The position numbers and the translations under genes are program-made. From Mytilus californianus (taxonomy: Eukaryota): a stretch of 64,000 nt of DNA. Positions 24,581 through 35,176 of the stretch are shown here, piece by piece. The notes under the pieces were generated by a model. That model saw nothing but the letters and a program-made list of their open reading frames with translations, was not told the DNA's origin and searched no databases. The stretch spans positions 13,082,001 through 13,146,000 of the forward strand of contig NW_026262668.1 of NCBI RefSeq assembly GCF_021869535.1, in the 5' to 3' direction. Every line of letters begins with the position of its first letter. Positions within the stretch are counted from its first letter, which is position 1.

Positions 24581-25869
24581 ATTTGAACCAATCATCTGCA
24601 TTCGGAAAGTGTCTGCATCGAATCAGTAAAATGAATGTTGTTTTCATTCAATAAAATTATGACGTCATCGTCAAGTCCGTAAAAAAAAAGTCGATTAGAG
24701 TAGCCAAATAGTGGGCGTCGATTTGAAAACAACAAAAATGACAAGGATTAGAGGAGCTTAGAATTTGCTGTCAATTTAAAATCTTATTTCATCATGACGT
24801 CACATTTGGATGTCGATTTGTGGAACGGACGTCGATTGGAGACCAGACGTCGATTTCAATCTTATATATTTAAATCTTCCTAAAATATTCTCATACATGA
24901 ACAATGTAACGCACTTTTAGGAAACTAAAATTGTCAAGATTGTTGTTTACTGTCAAAGGTGTTCGCACACTTGCACTGTGTTAAGTGAGGAATTGGCAGT
25001 TACATACACTTACAGTCCTGTTGAATTTTAATGGTCTTTCTGTAACTTTGTGCGTAAAACAAAAAATGATAATGCCAATTTACACTGAATTTAATTCACA
25101 CCAGGGACATTTTAAAGGTTTCTAAGCTTTTGTTGCCTAAACTTAATCTTAAGTAAGGTTAATTCATTTCAGCATCATATATATATTTTGAAGAATTTTT
25201 TTAACTTAGGACAAAGTTATAATAACCTTTCAGATTACAGCAATTGGCAAGTCGGAAAATCGAAAATTTCAAAGTATTGATACAACAAATGAATATGGAT
25301 ATATTAGCAAAAACAATATTCTATTGGAAGGAAAGCAATGTATTGTCTTCCAGCTAAAATGTAATTACGGATGTAATATTTGCGATATCAAATCATAATT
25401 GTTACAACAGAGTGAAGTTTGATTGAACAGGTATTTAAAACAAACTGTTGGTTGAAAATATTTTAAGTATGTTATCTAAACTTTTAAAATATTCTAATTC
25501 CAGAAAGTTTCAAACCTTTAGGTTTTATTTTTACCATGGGCTTGATTCAATATATGATAAACTGGTTAAACCTATAACTTAATATCAGTGGAAAGTCACA
25601 AGTGATGCTGGTGAGTGGTATCATGTGATGAGCATGTTCATTGAAGTACACACGTTGCACGTCACTTAGTTGTTCTTATGTATATATTCATTGCTGAAAA
25701 ACCTTACACTGTTTACAGCTATGTATTTATAATCTATTTTTTTATGTTTTTCTTCAGTTAAATATCATCTATATTTGGATACAAAATTTGTAAGTTTTAT
25801 TTGACATAAATGAGTGACAAAAGTAATACATTATTTGTTGAATTTCCAAACACTCAAATTTTTTCTTCC

Positions 25870-26185
25870 CCCAGGAATAGAAATAGAATGTCATCGCCGT
25901 ATTTGACACAGCTTTTCAAAATGTCGGTCTACTTTATTTGATCTTTGTAACTTTTTATTATTCGAGCGTCACTGGTGAGTATTTACAGACGAAACACGCG
26001 TCTGGCGTACACAATTTTAATCTTGGTATCTATGATGTGTTTATTTATGCTCTTCAACTTCGTATTTGATTTGGACTTCCGACTGTTTTAATTCAAGAGC
26101 CGCTGATAAGACTTCTGTAGATGAATCTAGTGTTGACGAAACACTCGTCTGGCATACAAAATTATAAGCCTGATAACTTTGATGT
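25870..26185 (+). mobile_element. Tandem dimer of hammerhead repeat family A (degenerate)
   Basis: Cores at 25972 (CTGGTGA..GAA-ACACGCGT-C-TGGCGT) and 26103 (CTGATAA..GAA-ACACTCGT-C-TGGCAT), 131 bp apart. Confidence 0.75.
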
Positions 26186-27944
26186 GCTTTTGCATCATCT
26201 TACTTGTACACAATTATCATATTCCTTTGGACTTTGTCTGCTGGAACAGCAATATCTTTGTCAATACGGAAAGACAGTTGTAAAGCAACATTTGGATCTT
26301 TGAAGATAAATGTAACGCGAATGATGAGTATGTCAGTTCTAATTTGTATCAACAAACAGACAACTTTAACCAATTTGGAAACAGTACAAAACTTGAACCA
26401 ATTTTGAAAGTGTATAAAACTTTGACCAATTTGGAAAGAGTATTTGTAAAGGTTTAGTCAGCTATAAAATCATTCCACAATTTTCTACACAAGGAAATGC
26501 CTGTAAAGTCAGGAATATGACAGTTGTTTTTCATTCGTTTGATGTGTTTGAGCTTTTGATTTTTCCATTTGATAAAGGACTTTCCGTTTTGGTTTTTCCT
26601 TGGAGTTTGTTATTTTTGTTATTTTACTTTTAAAGAATGATTGAAACAGACAGATTTGTATAAGGAGGAATTGTATATTTGGCTGTGTATATTGCTTTGA
26701 TTTATGACCATTGATGGCAAATGAAACATTGTTCTCAATCCGAACAAGTCTGAACAGTAAAATTGCCAATATCAAAGTTTACAACTAAGATGAAATTGAT
26801 TATAATCTTGATTTATCAACATTGATTTCCAAACATTATAAGTACCTACAACCCAGCATAAAAATGGACACTGAATAAAGTTCGTCAAATGAAATGTATG
26901 CACAACGGTTTCTTTATAAAATCATTAAGTGAAGGTGATATATAATAAATGAGCATGGCTTTGTCTATGTTGAGGAGAAAGTTCACAATATCTTTCATAT
27001 TCACCGAACTGCAATAATGACCAGAAAGATACCTATACCATAAATTTTGCTAACTGCAAGTAACACTTTTATTAATTTCGTGCGTCCGAAGGGATTGTCT
27101 GGCTTTACATGTTGCGATTCCCTTAATTTTTGTTTGTTATTTTGATTTTTATCTTCTGAATGAATTTATGAGATCTGAACATCGGTAAACTGCTGTTAGC
27201 TTTAATTGAGTAATGAATAACATTATTATTCTGGATGTAAATTAAAGCGGCAGTAGTTTACTGATATTCACTTCTCGTGAATCGATAAAAAAAGAGATAA
27301 ATCAAAGGAACAAACAAAACATGAGGGAACCGCATGAACTCTAAATGTAGTGAGACCGTTTTCGTCGATAGAGTGATCACCTCTTGCTATGCATGAATCA
27401 CCCACCATGCGAATACATACTAGGTTAAAATATCACAATCGGGAATAGGACACAACCAGTAAAATTACAGATTAGACGATGATTCTTGTATCTGAAGATC
27501 TAAGACCGAAAAACATGCAGTTGGTGAGTTGAGACACGGACACATCTGACCTTAAAGTTAATGTGACAATACTATTGCTTCTTTAACGTAAATGAAACAA
27601 ACTTTTTTATCTAACCAAATCTTATATGTGCATTCACCTTTTCATAGGGTGATGTAACTATATTGCTACTATTCGCAAAGAAAAACATCACCATTTGAAA
27701 TTTCGGCACATCACGTTTGAATAAAATAAAACCAACAACAAAAATAACCAAACAACATCTACAAATGGTAGAAGCATCATTAAATGAAGGTGATATATGA
27801 TAAATGAGCAAGTCTTTGTGTATGTTGAGCATGTCAACAATAGACAAGTTCCTATACAATTTGTCAAGCTCTTAATTGTCCCGTGTATATAAAATTCGTG
27901 AATATATTTAACAGAACAACAAAAGATCTGCCATTAAGACAAGT

Positions 27945-28357
27945 ATTAATAGTCGAACTACTGTATCACAAGCTTATCAATACTGAAGTTGTTTGTTCGA
28001 ATCCGGCACGTGGCAGGTGCGTTCGACTCCAATCTTAATTGACTAGGATTGTCAATTATAAAACCAGGTTTAATCCACAATTTTCCATAAAAAGAAATGC
28101 CTGTACCAAGTCAGAAATATGACAGTTGTTTTCCGTTCGTTTGATGTGTTTGAGCTTTTGATTTTTCCATTTGATAAAAGACTTTCCGTTTTGAATTTTC
28201 CTTAGAGTTCGGTATTTTTGACATTTTACTTTTTATCCTACAGAAGGTCGGTGGTTCTCTCCAGGCACTCAGGCTTCCTCCAACAATGAAAAATGACCGA
28301 CACGAAAAAGCGCAATAATGTTAAAAGTTGCGTTCGTTTAACACCAATCAATCAATC
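27945..28357 (+). mobile_element. tRNA-derived SINE interrupted by a ~175-bp insertion (28060-28236) of another repeat family
   Basis: B-box GTTCGAATCC at 27995, central GGTTCTCTCCAGGCACTC..TTCCTCC domain and (CAAT)n tail. The insert matches 26455-26630. Possible TTAT TSD. Confidence 0.8.
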
Positions 28358-28947
28358 CTTACTGCAGACAAGTGTTAATACAATAGCAGTGTTGCGTTAT
28401 TATGCTATAGGTTGCTAGAACTTATATTATTAATTATATATAGTCAGGTTATAGAATGTGGACATTTTTTATGCACTGGCCAACTTAAGAGTTTGTTTGT
28501 TTTTTGGGTTTTTTTTTTTTTTTTTTTATAAAATGACTAAATTAGTCTTATCAGATGATGTACGACTTGTAAACAACAGATCATAATGAAAACACAATCT
28601 TAATCAATCTTTAATTGTTAAACTGTTACCTTAATTATCTAGTCATTCATCAAAACTTATCAGTAGCTATCAATATGCCTTTTGACAATGAATTAAGGTA
28701 AACAAAACACTCGTGACTATCAGAAGATGCATACATAAATTGGGGTATTAGTTCTGTTAACCCCTAGGTTATCCGATAGAGAAAATATGCCGTAGAGTTG
28801 TCACATATCTAGACGATTTAAATAAAACATATTGATATGACTGCATGGTTAGTACTGTTATCATCGTTTACGACTGTCAAAAAGAGCTCATCTGCATGAC
28901 ATTTTATGTATTTGCCACCATACACATCATGCACTGCGTAACAATCC

Positions 28948-29326
28948 TTGATGAAGCCTAGTAGGAAATGCATCACTCGGCTTTCAAAAATTATATTTTA
29001 TATAGACTAGTTAGCCGAGATGTTTAGGGCGCCTGAGACAGTACACGAGTAGTAACTGCGAGAAGCTAGGGTTCAAATGTCGATGAGGGAACACAAACAC
29101 TGCCACCTGCATATATGAAAGGTTTCTAAGCACAGTAATGTATAATTGAAAAAGAAAATTCGTAATAACACAAAGAATAACGTGAAAATAAATGTTAGCG
29201 ATCTCAGCACCCAAAATATCCGATGAGCCAATACGACGGCTGAAAGCGCTAACAACTATTGCTTTCAATTTTGTTTTGGACTTGAACGTTACTGATGAAG
29301 GTTAATCCACAAAAATGCTTCAGACG
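28948..29326 (+). ncRNA. Three degenerate hammerhead-like motifs in ~380 bp
   Basis: TTGATGA..ATGCAT-C (28948-28974); CCGATGA-GCC..GGC-T-GAA-AGCGCT-A (29220-29251); CTGATGA-AGGttaatCC..AAATGCTT-C-AGACG (29292-29326). Confidence 0.45.
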
Positions 29327-30189
29327 CACGAAATTTAAATAGAGTTATTTGCATTTATTTTAATTTTTGGTAGTTTGAAACTGGTATTTGGTCATAATTC
29401 TGAAAAATATTCTTTTTGATTGTCAAAAGAGTATATAGAAAGGTAAGCAAGTCCAGGAAATTAAAGAAATCTGAAGATGACTTAAATTCATTTAAGAAGG
29501 TAAACCTGTTTCTTTCAAGAGATTACCCAAGTTTTTTTATCTCTTTATTTGTATTTTTAAAATGGTAATAAATGTTTTAGTTTTTAACATCGGTAGACTA
29601 CTGTTGCCTCGTATTTAAAACAATTTCTTCTAATTTATGTTTGAAAATAATATAAATACTTTGATATATGATTTTTATTTGACATTAATTTACCTCCGGC
29701 CATATTGATTCCCTTCAATGTTGTTTCCGGTTATTAATTGCAGGATTATGATAATTGTTGAAAATAGTTGTCATTAAATAAACTGGTAACTCTTATCATT
29801 CCACATAACACTTTTACACAGGTATCTGTAAAACGATAGATATAAATGTCAAACACATCATCATTACTGGTTTAATTAAAACATATTGCCATTAATTTCA
29901 TCTGATTTAATATAATTGAAATATTAAAACATAATGATCGGTTGTTAGCATATCGTATAATTAGACCTATCTGTTAATGTAAAAACCAAATGTTGATTTG
30001 CCTTCTTTTATGTTATTTTGGGTTTTTTTTGGGGGGGTGGGGAGGGAGGAGGGGGTGATGTTACACCACTGCCCAAGGCTAGGGAAGAGTATGTCAAAAC
30101 CTGCTACATCCAAGTTAGGAACCTGTAATTCAGGGTTTGTCATTGGTTTCTATTTTTGTTTTGTTTATCACTTTGTACGTAGAAGTTAG

Positions 30190-31098
30190 CACCTATAGGT
30201 CACCTTACAACCTTCAGAAATGAAGATAACCATACTGCATAGTAAGCTATTAAAGGTCCAAAAATGACAAAGGTAAAACACTTCAACAGAGGCAACTAAC
30301 GGCTTGGTTTATTTACAAAACAATAAACGAAAAAATTTTGATAATGATATAAAACAACAAACGACAAACACTGAATAACTGGCTCCAGACTTGAGAAAGG
30401 CACAAAATGTGGCAGGGTTAAACATTTTTGCTGGCGCCAAACGCTCCCCTAACCTGGAACAGTATGGTAACAGTACAATATAATAACAAATTATAAAATT
30501 CAGTTGAAAAGGGTTATACTCATAAGTTCGATACAAAAAAACTTACAGTACACAAAAGACACAAAGTATAGATCTGAGTGTACTCACAAGTCGAAAACAA
30601 ACCGACAACGCCATAGCTAAAAAAGAAAAAAGACCAAAAGACACAAACAACAGTACACAAAACTAGAGACTGAGCAACACCAACCCCACCAAAAACTGAG
30701 GGTGATCTCAGGTACTCCAGGAGGGTAAGCAGATCCTCCTCCACATGTGGAACCCGTCGTGTTAGTACAAACCTGGTGATAAGTCTTATTCGGTAAATCA
30801 CAGGGAAAAGGGACATGATTGTAACAACGATAATTGGAACATATCCGTCGTCATATGTGAAACAGATATTCCAAAAAGGTCAACCAACTCTCGATGGCGT
30901 CCGTAAAATTTACAAAGGGATGATTTTAACTTGGAACTATTGGTTTAATAGCTTCCTTGTGAGCAGCAACTCTCTATCAAGATAATCATGATAGGAAATA
31001 CAAGCCCTTGAATATCGTATCAATTGGGAGATGTATACTCCGTATTGTGGCGCTGCTGGAATGTTTCTACATAGAAATGGAAAGTTCACAATTGGGAA
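30190..31098 (-). mobile_element. 5'-truncated PLE-type RT element: RT C-terminus + 3' UTR + shared 3' module
   Basis: The - strand reads FPIVNFPFLCRNIPAAPQYGVYISQLIRYSRACISYHDYLDR...KFYGRH, followed by the UTR and the module. Confidence 0.88.
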
Positions 31099-32786
31099 AG
31101 AGTACAAAATATTAATTTCTGATATAACTTATTTGTTTAATATACCAGCTACAATAACTACATTTATTTTGACAAGATCCTTCCATTTACAATGATTTTT
31201 TATCACTATATGTGTTGAAAATTTTGAACCTCAATGCTCAAAGTCATACTGATCTCAACACAAGGCTATACAATAAAGGATCTAAATGCTTTATGGTCTC
31301 GGACATCGTAAACACTTTGTTTTCAGTTATGTTAGAAAAAATTGCATGAACATGTATGTGCACATTTAAGTTTATTGACAACTTTGTGTGTGTGTATGCC
31401 ACTAACAACTCATTATCAGAAATTAACACGAGGGATTTTGATGTTTTATTGAAAAAACTACTTTATAAAAAATAGTTTTCTTATACACATTGTGGGTGAA
31501 AACATAAAATATACACATTCAAGTAAAAGAAACAATAACATCAACGGTGATAATTTTACTGCACAAGATGCACATTTTGACAATTAAGTATTTGCTTCAA
31601 AAACCTTATGCAAATGTTGAAAAGATGGCGAACCTAAAGAACATTCAAACTAGGACAAGGAATCGGACTGATAAAGTCCTTTATTTAATGTTTTGGAAGT
31701 TGTTAACATAACTAATTAACCACAACAAGCTTATTGTTATTGGAACAGCCAATCGGAACAGCTCATACAGTTCCTTAAAATACAACCGTCTGCAAAAACA
31801 GAGCTTAAGCTCTTATGTGGTAAAATGTAATATTAGTTGGAAAAACAAATGTCTTTAAAATAAAAAAAAAAAAACGTTTAACGGTTATAATACAAAACAA
31901 AATAAAAGACATTTTATTTACAAAGTCTGCAAAAACAAATAAGGAAATAATTAAAATATTAATAAAAAGTGAAATTTCAATAAATTCCCTTATATTAATT
32001 GGAAAACATGTTCTATAGGTTTCTTCAACATCATCAAGCATTGTGCATTGTATAAATGCAAACTATATAAAAATCATCGACGATTGAGAAGGAAGTTAAA
32101 ACAATTGTACCTATCATTGTAATGTTCTTTTTGTCTGTTGGAAGTAATAAACCATATTATGATAAGGACTTTTCTAGAAACGGATATTTGACAGGTTTAC
32201 TCACTTTTGGTCTATATTTTAAGTCTGCGTGTTAAAAATTCTCACAATTCACCATATTTTGGTGAAATGGTTAAAAATCTTGGTTGTGAAAGACAACAAT
32301 AATAATCATATTTTCCAAAATTACGTTTACATTGGTATTCTTCATAACACTTTAACATGTATAAGTAAAATCTCCATCTTTACATTTCCTAGTTATATAT
32401 GCTTTATTCTAAAATATAACTTATGAAGCAAAGGATTCTCATTTTTGCAATGATTATATGATATAGATCAACATGTATACAACATGAAAAAATAAAGAAT
32501 CTAGAAGTGCGAATTGAAACGAAAACAAGTGTTAATGATAAAATAGAGATAGCTTCGGAGTTCAGTTCAAAGTTGTGATTTAACTTTGCATTCATTCGTA
32601 CTATTCTTAGTAACCAAGTCTTTAGCACTTTTAACGGTTACTTCTCATCTTTGTTTTTATTGATAACAAACGAGGGACATATCTTCTGAACACAAATTAC
32701 AATTCCCCTTTAATAAGTATATTTTTTTGCAAAGAAATGATTCAGAAACAAATATATTCATATATCTAATATATATATTATATGCT

Positions 32787-32882
32787 ATTCAGGGGTCAGA
32801 CAGGGTATATAATGTGACGGCTCAGGGAATATAAACTCTAAGCCGGGAATGTTACATTATATACCCTGTCTGAAACCTGAAT
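32787..32882. repeat. Fold-back with 32-bp arms at the left end of a ~490-bp putative non-autonomous DNA element (to ~33262)
   Basis: Arms 32787-32818 and 32851-32882. Confidence 0.8.
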
Positions 32883-33305
32883 TACACATATATTACGGAT
32901 TACCCCTGCCTTAATGTTTTTTCGAGTACCAGACATTTGTTAAACATTCACCACGCAGTATATATATTTTCTGCATACGTGAGGGATATAGTTATTTGCT
33001 GTGAAAATAATTTCATCGTGTGATATAATTAGTAATAACACTTTAAGACATTAATTAAGAAATTGATGTTTAAATCACGTGATTTAAAATTAAAAACGTA
33101 TTATCGACGGATACACATCCTTATTTTCCCTCTGTGAGCCTCTGACGTTCTGTATAGCTTAAGACTACGTCACATAGTAACGTTCGTTATGATGACGTTG
33201 TTGAGGTTCCAATCCGGTAGAAAAACGTCGTATATACCCCGGCAGTTTCCTGAATATATGCTCTCATCCCTATGTTGTTATCCAATCACAAAACTCGACA
33301 CATTT

Positions 33306-33660
33306 ACAAGTCTAAATTGAAAACAACGTTCAAATCTATGACTGCGTTGGATAAAAACCGCAATTTTTATACGTGTGCATGCAAAACAAATTTCTTGGTA
33401 GAGAGGTCTGAATACAGCACAAACAACATTTTCCGAAAGACCAAAAAAGTGAAAAAGTATATTTTAACAAAACGCATTTGACTAACAGGTCGAACAATTG
33501 ATGTTCTTAAACCCTGCTGACTGCCATTGGCGATTGCCAATTAAACATATCATATGATGTAGAAAAATGGATCTTAAAATTATTAATTTAATACCAAACA
33601 AAAAACAATAAACTTGCGGAAAAGATGGTATACCGCAAATATGAGGTGCAAAAATTTGTA
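33306..33660 (-). mobile_element. Inverted partial copy of the 533-bp hammerhead repeat
   Basis: Reverse complement of ~35175-35520. A 20-bp 3'-tip copy follows at 33673-33692 between TA tracts. Confidence 0.9.
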
Positions 33661-33692
33661 TATATATATATATACAAGTCTAAATTGAAAAC

Positions 33693-33731
<39 letters not shown>

Positions 33732-34499
33732 TACGTCTGAACCAATGACAACTCTACAACAGATTTATCCATAGGATCACCAGCAGTGATGGTGATACAT
33801 GGCTGTGTACATTCTGTATATACAACTCGTCTAAACATCAACAATGTTAGATCTGTAAATTTGCTTTCGCAAATTTTAAGTTCTTCCCTCGCCGGGATTC
33901 GAACTCGTCTAGCGCGTCGGATACAGTGCAGTCGATTTGGTGTCACGATATCTCAGTTGCATGAGTTCGAATCCCGGCGAGGGAAGACCTAAACATTTGC
34001 GAAAGCAAACTTACAGATCTAACATTGTTGGGCTGATGTTTAGACGAGTTGTATATACAGAATGTACACAGCCATGTATCACCATCACTGCTGGTGATCC
34101 GATGAATAAATCTGTTGTAGAGTTGTCACTGGTTCAGACGTATTTATAAAATATAATTATTTCTGTGACTGTATCTTGCATTAATTTGTAGGATCCTTTA
34201 CAATGAATATTTCAGCTGATCTGTAACAATTCCATCTTCAAGCCTTATATATCATGTACTATATTACGACGCTAGATTAAAATTGACGAGAGAAGGTAAC
34301 ACCCGGCCACCGAAATCTTTATTATTGTGAAGCCTAGGTGGTCAAGTGGTCTAGCGCGTCGGATACAGTGCAGGCGATTTGGTGTCACGATATCTCAGTA
34401 GCATGAGTTCGAATCCCGGCAAGGGAAGAACTAAAGATTTGCGAAAGCAAATTTACAGATCTAACATTGTTGGGCTGATGTTTAGACGAGTTGTATATA
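33732..34499 (+). mobile_element. 442-bp tRNA-headed non-coding repeat: 175-bp inverted segment + 1.3 tandem units, inside (TA)n
   Basis: Arms 33732-33906 and 33963-34142. GTCTAGCG at 33907 and 34349 gives a period of 442. A-box TGGTCAAGTGG at 34339-34349 and B-box GTTCGAATCC at 34407-34416. Confidence 0.9.
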
Positions 34500-34597
34500 T
34501 ATATGATACGTTCATCCTGTTTCGACTCTTTAAAATTCAAGAGTCTATCCTAAATTGAGGTAAATTATATGGCCTTCCAAGTACCGTTTTGATCCCT

Positions 34598-34643
34598 AAC
34601 ATCACTGAAGAGACATTAATTGTCGAAATCCGGATATGGTGTT
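34598..34643 (+). ncRNA. Minimal type I hammerhead ribozyme with intact catalytic core
   Basis: AACATCA / CTGAAGA / GACA-ttaat-TGTC / GAA / ATCCGGAT / A / TGGTGTT. It has a 7-bp stem I, a 4-bp stem II and an 8-nt palindromic stem III. Predicted cleavage is after AUA at 34636. Confidence 0.85.
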
Positions 34644-35130
34644 CAAATTTTTGCACCTTATGTTTGCGATATACCATCTTTTCCACGAGTTTATTGTTTT
34701 CTGTTTGGTATTAAATTTTTAATTTAGATCCATGATACATCTGGTGATCAATTTATTTGGCAATTGCCAATGGCAGTCAGCAGGGTTTAAGAACATCAGT
34801 TGATCGACCTGTTAGTCAAATGCGTTTTGTTAAAATATACTTTTCACTTTTTGGTCTTTTGGAAAATGTTGTTTGTGCTGTATTTAGACCCCTCTAACAA
34901 GAAATTTCTTTTACGGCACACGTATAAAAATTGCGGTTTTTATCCAACGCAATCATAGGTTTGAACGTTGTTTTCAATTTAGACTTGTTTATATTTTTTC
35001 GTTTGGGCTAGTATTATATTTTCCTTCGGGTTTATATGATCCGTTCATCCTATTTCGACTCTTTAAAATTCAAGAGTCTATCCTAAATTGAGGTAAATTA
35101 TATGGCCTTCCAAATACCGTTTCGATCCCT

Positions 35131-35176
35131 AACATCACTGAAGAGACATTAATTGTCAAAATCCGGATATGGTGTA
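35131..35176 (+). ncRNA. Second hammerhead copy with G12->A substitution
   Basis: Same as 34598-34643 except that GAAA is AAAA at 35158 (a CpG site) and the terminal stem I base differs. Confidence 0.75.

Noticed and set aside
34283-34335. Canonical hammerhead reading of the 442-bp leader (TTGACGA...GAAA)
   Set aside because: Stem II is weak, there is no convincing A15.1-U16.1 + NUH + stem I, and the same bases pair better with the tRNA-like head. Kept only as a structured-RNA finding.
34331-34420. Genuine tRNA gene
   Set aside because: A/B boxes are present but no acceptor stem or anticodon arm could be folded. It is embedded in a repeat. The same applies to the SINE heads at 27945, 44785 and 50508.
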